54,136 nt of DNA, taken from Octopus sinensis. Taxonomy: Eukaryota. The notes beneath the pieces were generated by a model that did not search any database, was not told the DNA's origin, and saw only the letters and a list, made by a program, of their open reading frames with translations. Where the stretch lies: assembly GCF_006345805.1 (NCBI RefSeq), contig NW_021833822.1:1-54136 (forward strand). Reading direction: 5' to 3'. Numbering within the stretch: position 1 is the stretch's first letter; each line of letters starts with the position of its first letter. The position numbers and the translations under genes were made by a program. Positions 52,641-54,136 of this stretch are shown here, piece by piece.

Positions 52641-52984
52641 TTTCTCAGAAATTTCTGTGTAAATTTCTCATGAAACAGCAGGAGATATAATATCAAGCTC
52701 TTACCAGAAAACTCGATATGCTGTAAATAATAGCTACACATTCTAAATCTCAATTTTCCATATCTGTTTCAAGGCGTAACTTCTGTATCCGGATAACCGG
52801 ATACATTTCAAGGAAGTTTTTTTTTTTATATATATATGGGGGGGGGTTAAGGTTAGGGTTAGGATTAGGGTTAGGGTTTGTTTTAGGGTTAGTGTTAGGG
52901 GAAGGAGAAAAGGGTTTCTGTTATCTTCAGAAATGTAAACAAAGCCACTTTCGGTACGTGCGGTACCTATACCGAAAGATCGCC

Positions 52985-53277
52985 CTTGTTTCAGTCATTT
53001 GACTGTGGTCATGCTGGAGCGCCGCCTTTAGTCGAGCAAATCGACCCCAGGACTTATTCTTTGTAGGCCTAGTACGTATTCTAATCTGTCTCTTTTGCTG
53101 AACCGCTAAGTTGCGGGGACATAAACACACCAGCATCGGTTCTCAAGCGATGTTGGGGGGGGGGACAAACACAGACACACAAACATATATATATATATAT
53201 ATATATAACTGAAAGAAGCCCGTCGTATATATGTATATGTATATGTGCTACTTACCACACAGCCACTCCTACGCCTA
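52985..53277 (-). mobile_element. rearranged SINE family A fragments
   Basis: Matches the tail and head of 48859-49315 with a short inverted piece at ~53207-53230. Confidence 0.75.
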
Positions 53278-53562
53278 TATATAGATTTAAAAATTCCCCA
53301 AATGAAAAAAGTTTCCAATTTGGTTATATTTAGTTATATTTTCCAATTTAGTTATATATATGTATCCGGTTATATTTTCCTTAGAAAGCTTTTCTCTTTT
53401 CCTGGAAAATATCTTGCTCGTCAACACTAGATTGTGATATTTCATTCCAGATATAGACTACCATCGTATTACATGGTTTTTGGACCAATAAGTTGAGATA
53501 CTAGAACAGCCGAGCTGAAGAAACTAAAAGGTAAGACAATTACATTTATCACAAGTATATAT

Positions 53563-53718
53563 GGCCGTGTGGTTGCTTACCAACCACATGGTCCCGGGTT
53601 CAGTCCCACTGCGTGGCACCTTGGGCAAGTGTCTTCTATTATAGCCCCGGGTCGACCGAAGCCTTGTGAGTGGATTTGGAAGACGGAAACTGAAGGAAGC
53701 CCATCATATATATATGTA

Positions 53719-53759
<41 letters not shown>
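53563..53759 (+). mobile_element. SINE family A 5' half running into (AT)n
   Basis: gcttaccaaccacatggtcccgggttcagtcccactgcgtggcacc...gacggaaactga. Confidence 0.82.
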
Positions 53760-53761
<2 letters not shown>

Positions 53762-53936
53762 TTAAAATCCTTAAAATCCTTAAAAATGTTTTAGCCCGAA
53801 GGCCGCGGCCATGCTGGGGCACCACCACTGAATGAGCTATATATATATATATAAACAATTGCAGCATGGAAAGTGTTTGTAAGCCATTTAAGAAACACAC
53901 AAAAGACGTTCGATTCACTTCAACATTTAAGTTTAA

Positions 53937-53986
53937 TTTGTCAAAATATTTTCGTCGCTAAAATCCGCGACCTGTTCACTGACAAA
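53937..53986 (-). ncRNA. minimal type I hammerhead-like motif with G3:C8 core variant
   Basis: Minus strand UUUGUCA-GUGAACA-G-GUCGC-GGAUUUUA-GCGAC-GAA-AAUAUU-U-UGACAAA. Confidence 0.55.
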
Positions 53987-54136
53987 AATCCGTGCTGCAT
54001 CTGAGAAAGTAACAGTTAGTTCGTCATATATATGTACGTCAGGGGCGTGCACTCTCAGGTATGCAAGGTATGCGTTGCATGCCCTGTGATTTTTTTATCC
54101 ATATGATCGGAAAATTAGATAAAATAGTTACTTTGT

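Noticed and set aside
52324-52900. True telomere or chromosome fusion site
   Set aside because: Only a few degenerate TTAGGG units, same orientation, embedded in dispersed elements.

Overview
Repeat-dominated, AT-rich eukaryotic DNA with no intact host gene. The microsatellite-bearing tRNA-derived SINE families resemble those I know from Octopus genomes (inference). About 55% of the window (8945-38863) is a tandem array of roughly 107-108 copies of a ~278-bp satellite with local 3-7-mer duplications. It sits between two ~3.5-3.9 kb direct repeats (5155-8674 and 38875-42810). Each repeat carries a 5'-truncated, dead RLE-type (HERO-like) non-LTR retrotransposon inserted in a decayed CR1-like LINE relic. 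Main observations: (1) the retrotransposon 3' UTR holds all catalytic strands of a hammerhead ribozyme in a non-circularly permuted order, in both copies; (2) the satellite monomer is a condensed mosaic of CR1 reverse-transcriptase motifs whose progenitor is still visible in the flanks; (3) there are minimal hammerhead-like motifs elsewhere, one with a compensatory G3:C8 core swap (53937-53986). The rest is SINEs, mariner/pogo/piggyBac-type elements, two Helitron-type elements, a CR1 3' end and microsatellites. All family assignments are by eye; no searches were run.
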